From positions 62,001 to 126,000 of the forward strand of contig NIVC01002374.1 in the NCBI GenBank assembly GCA_002269645.1: a stretch of DNA of 64,000 nucleotides, written 5' to 3'. The notes beneath the pieces are model-generated. The model worked only from the letters and a program-made list of their open reading frames with translations. It searched no databases and was not told where the DNA came from. Within the stretch, counting starts at the first letter, position 1. The number at the start of each line of letters is the position of its first letter. Made by a program: the position numbers and the translations under genes. Below, one piece after another: positions 35,497-51,797 of this stretch. Origin of the DNA: Macrostomum lignano (taxonomy: Eukaryota).

Positions 35497-37276
35497 AGCT
35501 TTACACAAGAATACACTACCGAGATACAAACTATGTAATTTAGGTTCCGTATTTTTAGCAATCCAAACTTCTTTGAAGTATCAGTAATTTCATAATTATT
35601 GGGACTCCTAAGATTTGAAAAACATCTAATCAATTATCAAATTTGAGTGATCTGTAAACATGGAGTCTACAGACTCCTGCAACTTCAGTGGGTCAAAGAG
35701 ACTCAGCAGTGTAAAGGTTAGGGTGGATGTTGCTATTTTATTTTACATGAACTCGGACCCAGGATACCAAATAGCGCTATTAATCGGAGGCTTAAAATTA
35801 AAACGCCAAGCTCTCATTTAGTAACTCACCTTATAAATCAAATTTGTTCAACAAAGATGTCAGTAAGATGCACAGGCAAAAGCGTCACAAATAAATGAAA
35901 CAAGAGCAACTAGAACTATTTGCTCTTTAAAAAATGTTATATTACAGCAACGAGGCGAGCTCACTAAATAGATGCCGCACAAAGAATTTTATTTGATAAA
36001 ATAACACTCGGACAATAACCTGGGTCGGGTCGGGGGATTCACAGAGCAAGCGCTCGGGAAGGCGGAGAGAAGGCAGAGAAAAAATGATTATACATACATA
36101 AGACATCTAGACAGAGAAATAGAAGACAGAACTAAACAGCATTTTATTGGCTGGAAAGCAGCTCATTGTACGCTGTGTAAAATAGGGGGGTGGGGGGGTA
36201 AGAGAGAGACGGGGAGAGACTTGTCGCGGGTGGAACAGTCAGCCCAAACTAGATGCGGGTCATGCGGGACTGGATTCCAACTGTTGGGGCAACCGCTGGG
36301 AGTCACGAAATTATATGAGTAAAGAGCTGAGCATGACCATAGCTGAAGAGAGACAAAATAAAAAACGAATAGAGAACAAGAAAACAAAAGACAAACCAGC
36401 ATTTGCGGGCAATATAGTTTACAACATAATACCAAATTTGTCTGTTTTACGGTAGCCAAAATAACCTTCAAACGTACTGACAGGCCAGCAGACCAAAGAG
36501 GTTATTGTTAAAAAGAGACCAGACGAGTGTACATAGATTCTACTAGTAGTAGATTATATAGTAGTGGGACCCTACACTCACTAGTCAATTACGAGTTGCT
36601 CAAGCCTACAGTAACCTGCAAGCGAGGTCAGAAAATAATAATTGATGAAGCCCAACAGGTGCACGTGAAATCCATGCAATCAGAGTCTAACAAAGCATAA
36701 CTATGAATGGGGGATTAGTATTTTAACCGAAATTCAGATTCAACTAAGTGAAAAAGGGAACAGAAAAAAATCAACCAAGCGGAACTACGCTAAAGCCATC
36801 CCGCTCTTCCCAACAACCGGAATTCGCCTGACCTCGCTCCGTGCCTGGGGCAAGGGCGGGCTTCTCGTTAGCTCAGACAATATTATTTACAGAATCATTT
36901 CCTGAGATGATGGAGCAATTCTATGTTTTTTACTGAACTAAAATGCAAACAGCTATGCTTAAACTATAGTGTCAGAGTGTCAGAAAATTACATTAGCTGG
37001 CAGGTTAGAACTGATCTAAACTATTTAGTCTGTAGCTAAAAATAGACCAAACCCTGCACTCACACACTAATGAATAGTAACTCTAGAATGTCCATTAATA
37101 AAGTTACTAATATTAGACACTGGGCGTTTTCATCATGTTTTGCAACCGACAGACAACAAATGAATAAATAATTAAAAAGCCGGGACCCCCCAAATAGCCC
37201 AAATTTATTCATAAGACAAAATCTAACCATCACGAGAGAAACCGGATTTACAAATTTCTAATAGGTACTCGTAAAT

Positions 37277-38290
37277 AGATCAAGCAGGCTAAGGAGTCAG
37301 GTTGGCTAACAATCAAGCAGGCTAAGGAATCAGGTTGGCTAACAATCAAGCAGGCTAAGGAGTCAGGTTGGCTAACAATCAAGCAGGCTAAGGAGTCAGG
37401 TTGGCTAACAATCAAGCAGGCTAAGGAATCAGGTTGGCTAACAATCAAGCAGGCTAAGGAGTCAGGTTGGCTAACAATCAAGCAGGCTAAGGAATCAGGT
37501 TGGCTAACAATCAAGCAGGCTAAGGAGTCAGGTTGGCTAACAATCAAGCAGGCTAAGGAATCAGGTTGGCTAACAATCAAGCAGGCTAAGGAGTCAGGTT
37601 GGCTAACAATCAAGCAGGCTAAGGAGTCAGGTTGGCTAACAATCAAGCAGGCTAAGGAGTCAGGTTGGCTAACAATCAAGCAGGCTAAGGAATCAGGTTG
37701 GCTAACAATCAAGCAGGCTAAGGAGTCAGGTTGGCTAACAATCAAGCAGGCTAAGGAGTCAGGTTGGCTAACAATCAAGCAGGCTAAGGAATCAGGTTGG
37801 CTAACAATCAAGCAGGCTAAGGAGTCAGGTTGGCTAACAATCAAGCAAGCTAAGGAGTCAGGTGGCTAACTATCAAGCAGGCTAAGGAGTCAGGTGGCTA
37901 ACAATCAAGCAGGCTAAGGAGTCAGGTTGGCTAACTATCAAGCAGGCTAAGGAGCTAGGGTTGCTAACGCTCAATCAGGCTAAGGAGCTAGGGTTGCTAA
38001 CGCTCAATCAGACTAAGGAGCTAGGGTTGCTAATGCTTAATCAGGCTAAGGAGCTAGGGTTGCTAACGCTCAATCAGGCTAAGGAGCTAGGGTAGGGTTG
38101 CTAACGCTCAATCAGGCTAAGGAGCTAGGGTTACTAACGATCAGTCAGGCTTAGAAGATAAGGTAGCTAACGATAAAGCAGGCTAAGGAGCTAGTGTTGC
38201 CAACGATCAAGCAGGCTAAGGAGCTAGGGTTGCTAACGATCAAGCAGGCTAAGGAATCAGATGGCAAACGATCAATCAAGCTATAGAGAA
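37277..38290. repeat. 33-bp minisatellite (aatcaagcaggctaaggagtcaggttggctaac)
   Basis: About 18 near-perfect copies, then degenerate copies. Confidence 0.95.
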
Positions 38291-39906
38291 ATCAGGCTAG
38301 TGAGCAAGTTCCAGCTAAGGAGCATAATTACAACTTATACAGAGCATACTCGAGCAAAGCCGCTTAGCACTAGCTAGTTAGCTATACTCATACTCGCTTG
38401 ATAATTAAGAAGGTAAGCCAAAAAAATGCATAAATCTTCCATCTCAATAAAACAATAATTTCTTGCTAGAACTATTTTTGCCCCGAAAAATCATGATGAT
38501 CTATAGTCAAGTAGGTACGCGTCCACTCCATAGCGAATGAAGTAATTCGAGAGGTTTAATCTCCCAACATGCATTGAACTGTCCTAAGAAGCCACATCCA
38601 CACCCTAAATGCATACTTTTTCGGGACTATTTCTTAGTAAACTAATTCAAGCCATTTGATTCCTTTGAAATAATCATATATTATACATTCCTTATGATGA
38701 ATTTTCAAATGCTATATGTTTTTTTAAAAGCATGGAGGATAGGCCTAACCACACCCTTATTCAGCAAATATCTCAAAAAGGATCTATTCTTATGTACCAT
38801 GGATATAACTGAATTTGAATGAGTTTTAGACTTGCCATTTGTCTTGGAAACAACAATGATATCTACTGTCCCAATTGACCAATAAACTAGTCTTACTGTA
38901 AAATAGGAATGACTACACTACATGCTGGGCGTGCACTACACCTGCCAACCAATGCTCTGATGGCCTGCACTAGAATGCCACCCCTAAGCGCTACCCTGCA
39001 CTAGCGCCATCAGATGCTGCTGGGCCACTGCCTATAGACCCTAGGTAATAGTGTACTTATCTTTCTAGCCCTGGCAATGCTGCACTGGCCAACTGAGCAA
39101 TTGTACTGCAGCCAGGCCCACACTGCCACTCTAATCGACTGCCTCATGTCATTGCTAATTTGCAGGTGCTTGAACTGATCCCACAAGTTGCTATCTGCCT
39201 ACTCCTGCTTATTCTACAAGTGTGTACACACAGAGGGCCTTCTCTTTGTATCTTAATATACATATGCCTTAAAAGTAGCTTGACATTGTAGTCATGTAAC
39301 CCAATGTAATTCTATCATTTAAAACTGGTTATAATAGGCTTGGTATGCCTCTTACTAACTTTGATAAGTTTTCTATTCTAATACCATTGACAACATTAAG
39401 ATCTGGTTATTCAAGGAAGCTATAGAGCCTATTGACTTACTATATGGGCTAGAGGAAGTAGTCCCTATGATAATAGGTTAATTCGCTTATATTGCTTTAG
39501 ATGCTTCTTAATGCTAGCATACGACATAATAATATAGTTAACAACTTGTTTATTGTAAGTGCCACATTACTTAAGTACCAATTATACTTCAAATCATGTT
39601 GATTATATGATAGAATATATAATCTAATTTTTTGTTTGCATAACAATTATATATCATGCTTGCTAACTGCATATCAAATAGACATTGGCAAATCAATATT
39701 ATCTATAAAAATGATAATAAACAAAAAATGATATTCAATTAAAGATTTAAAAAAATAAAAAACTAATCTTTTTAACCATTAAGAATTTAATATTATTAAT
39801 TATAATAAATTTAATTTTCTTTTAATAAATTATATTGATACCAGTTACAACATTATATGCTTTTTATAGTTTCTTTGTTTGATAAAACAAGAATATCCAT
39901 ATACTT

Positions 39907-40080
39907 TCCATATACTAAAAATGAAAATCTTGCTTGCTTGCTTGTTTGTACCAAATCGATTATCTCCCGAATGGCTTGACCGATTTTCTTCGAACTTGCA
40001 CTGTTCGATCAGAAATTTTTCCGTGACGGTACATTTTTCCATGACGGTACATGCATCGTTGCTAAGAAATTGCTCGATGC
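39907..40080 (+). mobile_element. Helitron-like 5' end
   Basis: TCCATATACTAAAAATG...(GCTT)n...atctcccgaatggcttgaccgattttcttcgaactt, the layout of Helitron/HINE 5' ends. Confidence 0.6.
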
Positions 40081-40613
40081 TAAAGGGATTAAATATTCGA
40101 AAAACATGCTTTTTTGCAAAGGTGAAGCAGCTCTTTCGACTTGAAATGCATTGTAAGAATGCTAGAGAAAAAACTGACTGGTTGAATTCTGATTCTGAAA
40201 TAGATTGCATCACACCAGGCTTTTTATTTATTCACTCTCTGTATAGGCTGAATTTTGACACTGCATTGAATTGCGTCACAGTATTGAAAACGCAGTGTGG
40301 AAGCCTAGCACAATATTTGATTTATATTGCATAACTATATTGCTAACTTTAATAGAGACTGGTACTGACTTGCCTAAGAAATTGATTATGTCATAACTGC
40401 TTCGTGTGACTTTTACTCAATTGACTTGGTGTGAGTGTTGAATTATATAAGTGTTACAAATTCATTTGTAATTTCAATAAGAGCTAGCCTAGATATGAAT
40501 AGAAGACTGGACTGCTAATGCAGCGACCAGGGTTCGAATCTAAGTAGTGTAAAAGTAGTAATGTAATTTTTTGATTGAAAGCTTTTATTAAAAGACTAAC
40601 TAAAAACCTTTAG

Positions 40614-42490
40614 ATTACTGCGCTTGATAAACCAGGGATTACTGCACTTGATAAGCCAAGGATTACTACACTTGATAAACCAAGAATTATTGCTGTTAAT
40701 AAGCTAAGGATTATTTCGCTTAATAAGCCAAGGATTACTGCACTTGATAAACCTACTGCACTTGATAAACCAAGGATTATTGCTCTTAATAAACCAAGGA
40801 TTACTGCGCTTGATAGGCAAAGGATTACTGCACTTGATAAACCAAGAATTATTGCTCTTAATAAGCTAAGGATTACTGCCCTTGGCAAATCAAGGATTAC
40901 TGCGCTTGATAAGCCAAGAATTACTGCACTTGATAAACCAATAATTATTGCTCTTAATAAGCCAAGGATTATCGCTTTTAATAAGCCAAGGATTATTGCA
41001 CTTGGCAAACCAAGGATTACTGCTCTTAATAAGCCAAGGATTATTGCTCTTAATAAGCTAAGGATTATTGCGCTTGATAAGCCAAGGACAAGATTGATTG
41101 CTCTTAATAAGCCAAGGATTATCGCTTTTAATAAGCCAAGGATTATTGCACTTGATAAACCAAGGATTATTGCACTTGATAAACCAAGGATTATTGCTCT
41201 TAATAAACCAAGGATTACTGCACTTGGCAAACCAAGGATTACTGCACTTGATAAGCCAAGGATTACTGCACTTGATAAACCAAGGATTACTGCACTTGAT
41301 AAACCAAGGATTACTGCGCTTGATAAGCCGAGGATTACTGCACTTGATAAACCAAGAATTATCGCTCTAAATAAGATAAGGATTATTGCACTTGGCAAAC
41401 CAAGGATTACTGCCCTTGATAAGCCAAGGATTACTGCACTTGATAAACCAAGAATTATCGCTCTAAATAAACCAAGGATTATTGCACTTGGCAAACCAAC
41501 AAGGATTACTGCTCTTAATAAGCCAAGGAATTTTTCTCATAATAAGCTAAGGATTATTTCGCTTAATAGGCCAAGAAGGATTACTGCACTTGATAAACCA
41601 AGGATTATTGCTCTTAATAAACCAAGGATAACTGCGCTTGATAGGCAAAGGATTACTGCACTTGATAAACCCAGAATTATTGCTCTTAATAAACCAAGGA
41701 TTACTGCGCTTGATAAACCAAGGATTATTGCACTTGAAAAACCAAGGAATATTGCTCTTAATAAGCCAAGGATTATTGCACTTGGCAAACCTAGGATTAC
41801 TGCACTTGATAAACCAAGAATTATCGCTCTTAATAAGCTAAGGATTATTGCACTTTGCAAACCAAGGATTACTGCTCTTGATAAACCAAGGATTACTGCG
41901 CTTGGCAAATCAAGGATTATTGCTCTTAATAAACCAAGGATTACTGCGCTTGATAAGCCAAGGATTACTGCACTTGATAAACCAAGACATATCGCTCTTG
42001 ATAAACCAAGGATTATTGCACTTGATAAACCAAGGATTATTGCTCTTAATAAGCTAAGGGTTATTGCACTTGGCAAACCAAGGATTACTGCTCCTAATAA
42101 GCCAAGGATTATTGCTCTTAATAAGCTAAGGATTTTTGTACTTGGCAAACCAAGGATTACTGCACTTGATAAGCCAAGGATTACTGCACTTGATAAACCA
42201 AGGATTATTGCTCTTAATAAACCAAGGATTACTGCGCTCGATAAGCCAAGGATTACTGCACTTGATAAACCAAGACATATCGCTCTTGATAAGCCAAGGA
42301 TTATTGCCCTTAATAAGCCTAGGATTATTGCACTTGGCAAACCTAGGATTACTGCACTCGATAAACCAAGGATTACTGCACTTGATAAACCAAGGATAAC
42401 TGCACTTGGCAAATCAAGGATTACTGCGCTTGATAAACCAAGGATTACTGCACTTGATAAACCAAGGATTACTGCACTTGATAAGCTTGG
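40614..42490 (+). repeat. 24-bp tandem array (aaaccaaggattactgcacttgat), possibly a coding exon for KPRITALD repeats
   Basis: About 78 units; the plus frame is open from 40614 to the stop at 42680; all four visible indels are multiples of 3; branch point and acceptor (gactaac...tttag) directly upstream. The repeat is certain, coding status is not. Confidence 0.9.
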
Positions 42491-42519
42491 CTACATGTAT
42501 AGGATTCTTTCTATCCAGG

Positions 42520-42725
42520 GATGCTTGCTATTCAGGGATTCTTGCTATCTGCAGGATGCTTGCTATCTGGGTGGATGCTTCTATAGTATCTGGGGATGCT
42601 TGCTATGTGCAGGTTGCTTGCTATCTGGGGTGAAGCTTGCTACGTGTATTAAGGGATGCTTGCTATCTGCTGTTGCTTAATTTGGAGGGGTGTGCTTGCT
42701 ATCTGGAGGGATACTTGCTGTCTTG
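42520..42725. repeat. Short degenerate array (gggatgcttgctatct core)
   Basis: About 10 diverged copies. Confidence 0.7.
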
Positions 42726-43573
42726 GGAATATTTTCTATTTAGGTGGAATGTCTGTTATCTTTGTGAAAGCTATATTTTGTTGTTGGTTTGTTAATTTTA
42801 GAAAAAAAGAGATTCATAGCAAATATCATTGTCCGTGACAATTTTACATGAATAAGGTGATTTTTAAAAGAAGAAGTAATTGTTGTTTAACGCCAATGAT
42901 GCCTCTGCATGATAGGCAACTGTGTTGCCATTGGGTAACAATATTTTTTGCTGTAGCTGCTTTTCCAGCCATTGCCGAGCGTACTGCTTGCACCGCTACA
43001 GAAGTAGTATGCTATTGCTTTGAAAGAAGGCAAGTATGGTTGAATTGTCAGTTTTAAAATTCTACACAAGCATGTTTTATTAGCACATAAGCCCCAGAAT
43101 TAAAATGAGAATTCGATTCCTAGCCCCTCTCCCTAAGAATTCTTTTCATTTTAAAGGATTCGTCCCTTGCTTATTGGCCACCCCAAAGGGGGGCACTAGA
43201 TTGCTAGTAATAAAATTAAAAAGTAAACATAATAATTAACATTTGGAATAAAACTTATAATATATCATTTCCTTAGACCTATAGGCTTATGGTATATCTA
43301 TAGACCATATCAACATATACTATTCTACGAGTATTATAATATTCCAAGCCATTGTATTACTTTCATGCTATTTTTTAAAGATTATTTTTACTTATGTGCC
43401 TTATTTCTAAGTTCTGTTTCTACTTTTTTTAGCTTTTGCTTTATCTCTAACAACCTTTTAATGATGTGCATTCTTTGCTAATTTCGAATCATTTTAGTCT
43501 ATTTGCCTAAAATCTATGCCAATATAGCCATATAGGTCTGCATCAACTTTTTCCATCTAAACTAAATGTATAC

Positions 43574-44328
43574 TAGAATATTTGGCATTCTTCTTAAATT
43601 GCTTGTTAAACTATTTTTTCAATGTATTTTACATTTTCTCCACTTTAGAAGCTGATTTTAGCATGTTTGGACATCCCTAAGCAATTAAAACTGTAAAATT
43701 AACAACTTTGTTTTTTAAGCACTTTTTTCTGTCTTTAGAAATTCTTAACAATTCCTAACAATTTGAGGGCAGCCTCCTGGCATGATGTTATAGCTAGAAT
43801 TAATGGTTGGTTAATGGTCTTAGCAACAACTAATTAGCAGCAAAAAACATAAATCTGAGTGCTCAGACTTCCCCTCCCTCTAACTAACTCATCCCTTTAG
43901 ACCATAGACATTCCCAACGAGTATCAGTGCTATATCAGATAACACATGTTGGATTTGTACTTTTTGTTTTGCAATTCAGCCTTGTACTTTTTAGTTAGCC
44001 ATTTTTCTTTGTCTATCATGTTCTTCCCCATAGACAATAATAGCCATTAATTTACCACAGATATTTTAGCTTACCTGTTGGCTACATTAATATAAATACA
44101 AGTTTAACTTGCACATTGCGCCCTTCACTTCTTTTTTGTCCTACTCAATCTAAAGATAGAAAAAGTACTTAAAAAACAAAGTTGTTAATTTTGCTGTTTA
44201 CTGTTTTAATAGCTTAGGAGGATATCCAAAAATGCTAAAACCAGCTTTTAAAATTAAAGTAGAGAAAATGCTAAAATATTTTAAAAAATATTTTAACAAA
44301 CAATTTGAGAAAAATGCCAAATATTCTA
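43574..44328. mobile_element. Degenerate foldback/MITE with ~170-bp inverted arms
   Basis: 43574-43739 is the diverged reverse complement of 44149-44328 (e.g. aacaactttgttttttaagcacttt vs aaagtacttaaaaaacaaagttgtt). Confidence 0.7.
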
Positions 44329-46607
44329 ATCTGAGCTGAATAATGTTTTTAGATTATTGGCATATCATTTTTAACAATATAAATTTGCCTTAATAGGCCA
44401 TTGCCTTTGCCTCTAAGATTCCATAGCCATGGTTAGCAAGATGCCCTTTCCTTAGTCTTAGACCCTAGTAGCTACCCTAATACTATATCTAATCAACTAA
44501 GCCCCTAGGCCCTATATCAATTAAAGCCAAGCCTATATTACTATCTTACAACCTACATTGATAAAGAACCTGCCAGTTCTACTAAAGTCTCCTATCCCAA
44601 CCAACTAATTTTGCAAGCACTATGCTGCATAACATAAATTTAAACAGCATAGTGCTTGCTAGGCCAAACTCTAGCCTCACCCTCTAGTATCAATAATTTA
44701 ATATCATTAACATTAATGATTAATAAATAAAATAAAATAAATTATTTCAATGATTGTATAGCAATTTTTATAAACATTTATTATCATATAGGCCCCCTGG
44801 GCCATAGTTGTACCTTGTTGTAGGCCTATGCCAGGAAATCCCGTCATATATTTTGCCTTCTGAACTATGGCCCCTAGTGGTAAGGCAGCCTAGGCCTAGT
44901 AGCTTAGGCATAGCACTTAGTCTTAGGCCTTAAGGCCCATCCAATTAGCAAGATGAAAAAACTATTATTATAGTATAGTCTATAGTATTTTTTTTATCAA
45001 GCGAACATAATATTGAGGCCCCACTTTCAGTTCTATAGACGATAGTATAATTGGCAAATCAAAACGAAAAACCCTGGTCTGGGCTGGCCTAATTAGGTGC
45101 TGGATCAGACCAGCGTGTTGCCATGCTGAAAAAATAGTCTGCCATTGCCAGAAACGAGTTTCCAAGAAACCTCTGTTATCGCGTCTTTTATTGATTTTAA
45201 CAAATTCTTTTTAGAATAGGCCTATAAAGAGACCCAGTCTCCTAAACAATATTTTTTCTTACTGAAAAATTTGTGGTTAAGTTGTCTGAATGCTGACTGA
45301 ATTATCTGATGCTAAAAATTAAGGTTTCCACCAAATTTTGGGGTTAAATACGTTCTGGGTTAGTAAGAGTAGGTCGCTACGTACCACCACCGTCAGTTAC
45401 CGCTGTTGGAGAAGAAATTTTTTTTTACTTATCTTGTCTATATAGTCTATGAAATTTTGAAATGATAACCATAAATTCTGTACCATACAAGCACATGCAA
45501 TGACGACTAGCCTTGCGGGCTAAAGTGATTATGTACACGTATTTAAAGTATTTTTATTATAATTATCCATACCAGATAGATAGAACACCATCAAGTAGAA
45601 GAGGATAAATTACAGGTAGCTATCTGTAACACTAGGAAGGAGCATTAAGTACATATACATGTACATTTATTGATAATTTTTTCTGCGAGTAAAATATACA
45701 ACATCGCACGGGATTCATATATAGACAAGAACCGGCATGTACGAGTATAAATAATTCTTGCAGGGTCTACACACTCTACATGTACATGTATTTACATTTC
45801 GCAGAATCAAGAGTCCCAGATCCTATATGCAGACAATTTGAAACTATCGAAAACCAAAACCACTGATGGCATCGCAGGCGAGATGATCCCCCTTTATAGT
45901 ATCTCAAATATTATTGGTAGATGACGCGGCCCCTTTGACCTTACAAGGATGGCTGTCCTATGCAATGGGTAATTTCAAATCTCAGGAGGTTCCCTATAGC
46001 TGTTCCGGCCCTACTAGCTGTTCCGCGATTCCCTGCCGTAAAAGCATGTTAGCACAAGTTTCGCTACAACACGGCACATGCTGCAGTTCAGCGTTTTCTT
46101 TTTGTGCAGACAGAACTGAAAGCTTCAATTATTAGCTTAGGTAGCAAATGTAGCGATAGAGAAATATACATTCCGCCTCGTTTTTCTTCTCTGTTGCTGC
46201 TGCTTGCGGTAAATTGGCAACCAGGATGGATGCTTGCTTCAATTAACTTTGCCGTCTTTTTGCCTTAAGCTTGGCGTAATAATAATGGAATGCGGGCCTG
46301 CGTTGAGCGGACAGCTGGAACTAATAAGCTACAGCTTCTGCACACGCGTTTTACCTGAGGACTAGCAGATAAGCGGTGTTAGTTTGTGTTTTAAGATTTC
46401 CTGTCCGTGCAGAAATTCAAGAGTATGTATAACTTCGTAAATGCAGGTGCACACGTGTTGAAGTTTAAGACAATAAGGATCGATAAGAATTACAGATAAG
46501 AAAGGACGGGACATGCTCTTACAGCAATGATCCAATTCATAACTTAACGATTTTTTAGATTTTTAATATCCTGTATACAAGAGTACACATGACGAATATT
46601 CTCTACT

Positions 46608-47500
46608 ACTCTCCTCTCCTCTCCTCTCCTCTCCTCTCCTCTCCTCTCCTCTCCTCTCCTCTCCTCTCCTCTCCTCTCCTCTCCTCTCCTCTCCTCTCCT
46701 CTCCTCTCCTCTCCTCTCCTCTCCTCTCCTCTCCTCTCCTCTCCTCTGCTCTCCTCTCATCTCCTCTGCTCTCATCTCCTCTCCTCTCCTCTCCTCTCCT
46801 CTGCTCTCCTCTCCTCTGCTCTCCTCTCCTCTGCTCTCCTCTCCTCTGCTCTCCTCTCCTCTCATCTCCTCTCATCTCCTCTCCTCTCCTCTCCTCTCCT
46901 CTCCTCTCCTCTCCTCTTCTCTCCTCTCCTCTCCTCTCCTCTCCTCTCCTCTCCTCTCCTCTCCTCTCCTCTCCTCTCCTCTCCTCTCCTCTCCTCTCCT
47001 CTCCTCTCCTCTTCTCTCCTCTCCTCTCCTCTCCTCTCCTCTCCTCTCCTCTCCTCTCCTCTCCTCTCTCTCCTCTCCTCTGCTCTCATCTCATCTCCTC
47101 TGCTCTCCTCTCCTCTGCTCTCCTCTCCTCTGCTCTCCTCTGCTCTCCTCTCATCTCTCCTCTCCTCTCCTCTCCTCTCCTCTCCTCTCCTCTCCTCTCC
47201 TCTCCTCTCCTCTCCTCTCCTCTCCTCTCCTCTCCTCTCCTCTTCTCTCCTCTCCTCTCCTCTCCTCTCCTCTCCTCTCCTCTCCTCTCCTCTGCTCTCA
47301 TCTCATCTCCTCTGCTCTCCTCTCCTCTGCTCTCCTCTCCTCTGCTCTCCTCTGCTCTCCTCTCATCTCCTCTCCTCTCCTCTCCTCTCCTCTGCTCTCA
47401 TCTCCTCTCCTCTCCTCTCTCTCTCCTCTGCTCTCATCTCCTCTCCTCTCCTCTCCTCTGCTCTCCTCTCCTCTCTTCTCCTTTCCTCTCCTCTCATCTC
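46608..47500. repeat. (CTCCT)n microsatellite
   Basis: Pentamer run with variants. Confidence 0.97.
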
Positions 47501-48036
47501 CAAAATACTAGCTTACCTTAGTAGTATGGGCATATGGGGCTACACTGTACAATCTCAAATTCACCTGCACTCAAACGCAACATCTAAGAGCAAATGATCT
47601 TCCTATGCCCTGCACTGGGGGCCTTAGATATAGGTTCAGACCAGTGGGGTTCTTAGAGTCTAAATAGGAGCTGCACTACCTGCAGCGATGATGGCTCTGA
47701 CTGCTGCTGCACGGGACAGAGGTACTGAGCATGAGCACGGGATCGCTAAGTGGTGCATCAGGAATTATAGTGGGAAAGAGAGGCAAGAGTTGAAGCGGAG
47801 GCCCAGCAGTGCCTACCAGCAGGTGCAGTCATTAAAGAGAGAATTTTAACTCAATACCAGGGTGGAAGGATCGTACGTGTGTAATGAAATGCCTTTTTCA
47901 ACTGTTCTGTTACAGTATACGAGTGTAGATGCCCTAACAGCTAGGTGGCTGGCGCGGCCGAGCTAAGCGTGAGGTGAGGCAATGAATGCAGGATGAAATT
48001 TACCGAGAAGGGCATAAAACAGGCAAAATGACAATG

Positions 48037-50412
<2,376 letters not shown>

Positions 50413-50634
50413 GTAGGCAGGCAGACCCGTACTCTGGCATCGCGAATCAGCAAGCGGAGACTAGAGGATGGCCGCAGGAGACAGTCCAGCGGTCAGCCAG
50501 CCAATGGCGGAGCGACATCGCCAACTATCAAATCGCCCAGCTGCCCACCTGATTTACGGCCAGAGGCTCGCAGGGCTGGCCAAAACTCAGTTGCGAGCAG
50601 CATTCAGCGGTTCCGCCAGCCAGCCAAGCCAGCC

Positions 50635-51276
50635 ATGCCCAGCGGCTGGGACATCTTCCTCGGCGACTCCATCGTCATCCTGGTGGTGTCCGTTGCGGCT
50701 CTGATCCTCGTCGCCTACTGCCTGTTCCGCTGCTGCTCCAGCAGTCCCAGTTCGGACGCTCAGAAACTCGTCGAAGACCAAGACGATAACGATGATTATG
50801 ACGATTTCGACGAGAATGATGACGAAATGGACGGGGACGAATTCGAGGTCAACGACGGCTTCAACGACCTCCAGGAGGACGAGGACGGCGACGAACTTTG
50901 GCGTCGAAGATTTGCGTCGGCAACGGCGGCAGGTCGTCGAGACGAATTCGACTGCGACACCTTCGTGTTCGACGACGCGATGGCCGCGGCCTCGGACGAT
51001 GAGCACGATGATGTAGGTGCAGCTGAGCACCTTGGCGGAGCTCCACGGGCTGCGGCTGCTGCTGCCGAGGCCGATAGCAACGAGGAAGAAAGGGTCGGCC
51101 TGTTGGCCTCGCAGATTGCTGAAACCAACGTCGACGCCGCGATGTCACGACGAGCACCAGCGGCTCGCAGCCGTGGTCGCAAGTTAAGCCGGGTCAGAGC
51201 GCCTGCAGCCACCATCGTGCGGCTCAGTGAGCCCTGCGGGGACGCCGCAGATCCGTCGAAGGCCGAATTTCTCTGA
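50635..51276 (+). CDS. Uncharacterised single-pass membrane protein with an acidic cytoplasmic region (213 aa, or first exon of a longer gene)
   Basis: gccATG; GC-rich open frame; hydrophobic SIVILVVSVAALILVAYCLF followed by RCC and a D/E-rich tract; no family recognised. Confidence 0.7.
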   Translation: MPSGWDIFLGDSIVILVVSVAALILVAYCLFRCCSSSPSSDAQKLVEDQDDNDDYDDFDENDDEMDGDEFEVNDGFNDLQEDEDGDELWRRRFASATAAGRRDEFDCDTFVFDDAMAAASDDEHDDVGAAEHLGGAPRAAAAAAEADSNEEERVGLLASQIAETNVDAAMSRRAPAARSRGRKLSRVRAPAATIVRLSEPCGDAADPSKAEFL

Positions 51277-51284
51277 TTTATCTG

Positions 51285-51797
51285 CCCACCTGGCTGACCC
51301 ACCTGGCTGACCCACCTGGCTGACCCACCTGGCTGACCCACCTGGCCGACCCACCTGGCTGACTCACCTGGCTGACCCCCCTGGCTGACGCATCTGACTG
51401 ACCCACCTGGCTGACCCACCTGGCTGACCCACATGGCTGACCGACCTGGCTGACCCACCTGGCTAACTCACCAGATTCACTTTATCAATAATCCAAATCT
51501 GATCTCCCGAATATCCCAATCTGATCTCCCGAATATTCCAATCTGATCTCCCCATGCCATATCCCAATCTGATCTCCCCAATATCCCAATCTGATCTCCC
51601 CAATATCCCAATCTGATCTCCCCAATATCCCAATCTGATCTCCCCAATATCCCAATCTGATCTCCCCAATATCCCAATCTGATCTACCCAATATCCCAAT
51701 CTGATCTCCCCATGCAATATCCCAATCTCATCTATCCAATATCCCAATCTTATCTCCCCAATATCCCAATCTGATCTACCCAATATCCCAATCTGCA
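51285..51797. repeat. 13-bp (cccacctggctga) and 22-bp (atatcccaatctgatctcccca) arrays
   Basis: Two adjacent arrays directly after the ORF stop. Confidence 0.93.

Noticed and set aside
37248-37844. IVSQPDSLACL x18 ORF as a real protein
   Set aside because: Only one variable site, and adjacent units (from ~37861) carry 1-nt deletions that break the frame.
38900-39200. LWDQFKHLQISNDMR resemblance to a PIF1/Helitron helicase motif on the minus strand
   Set aside because: A single short motif with no flanking helicase motifs; too degenerate to support.
40482-40545. tRNA-like stretch (ctggactgctaat...ggttcgaatc)
   Set aside because: No acceptor stem and a broken A box; at most a decayed SINE head, not a tRNA gene.
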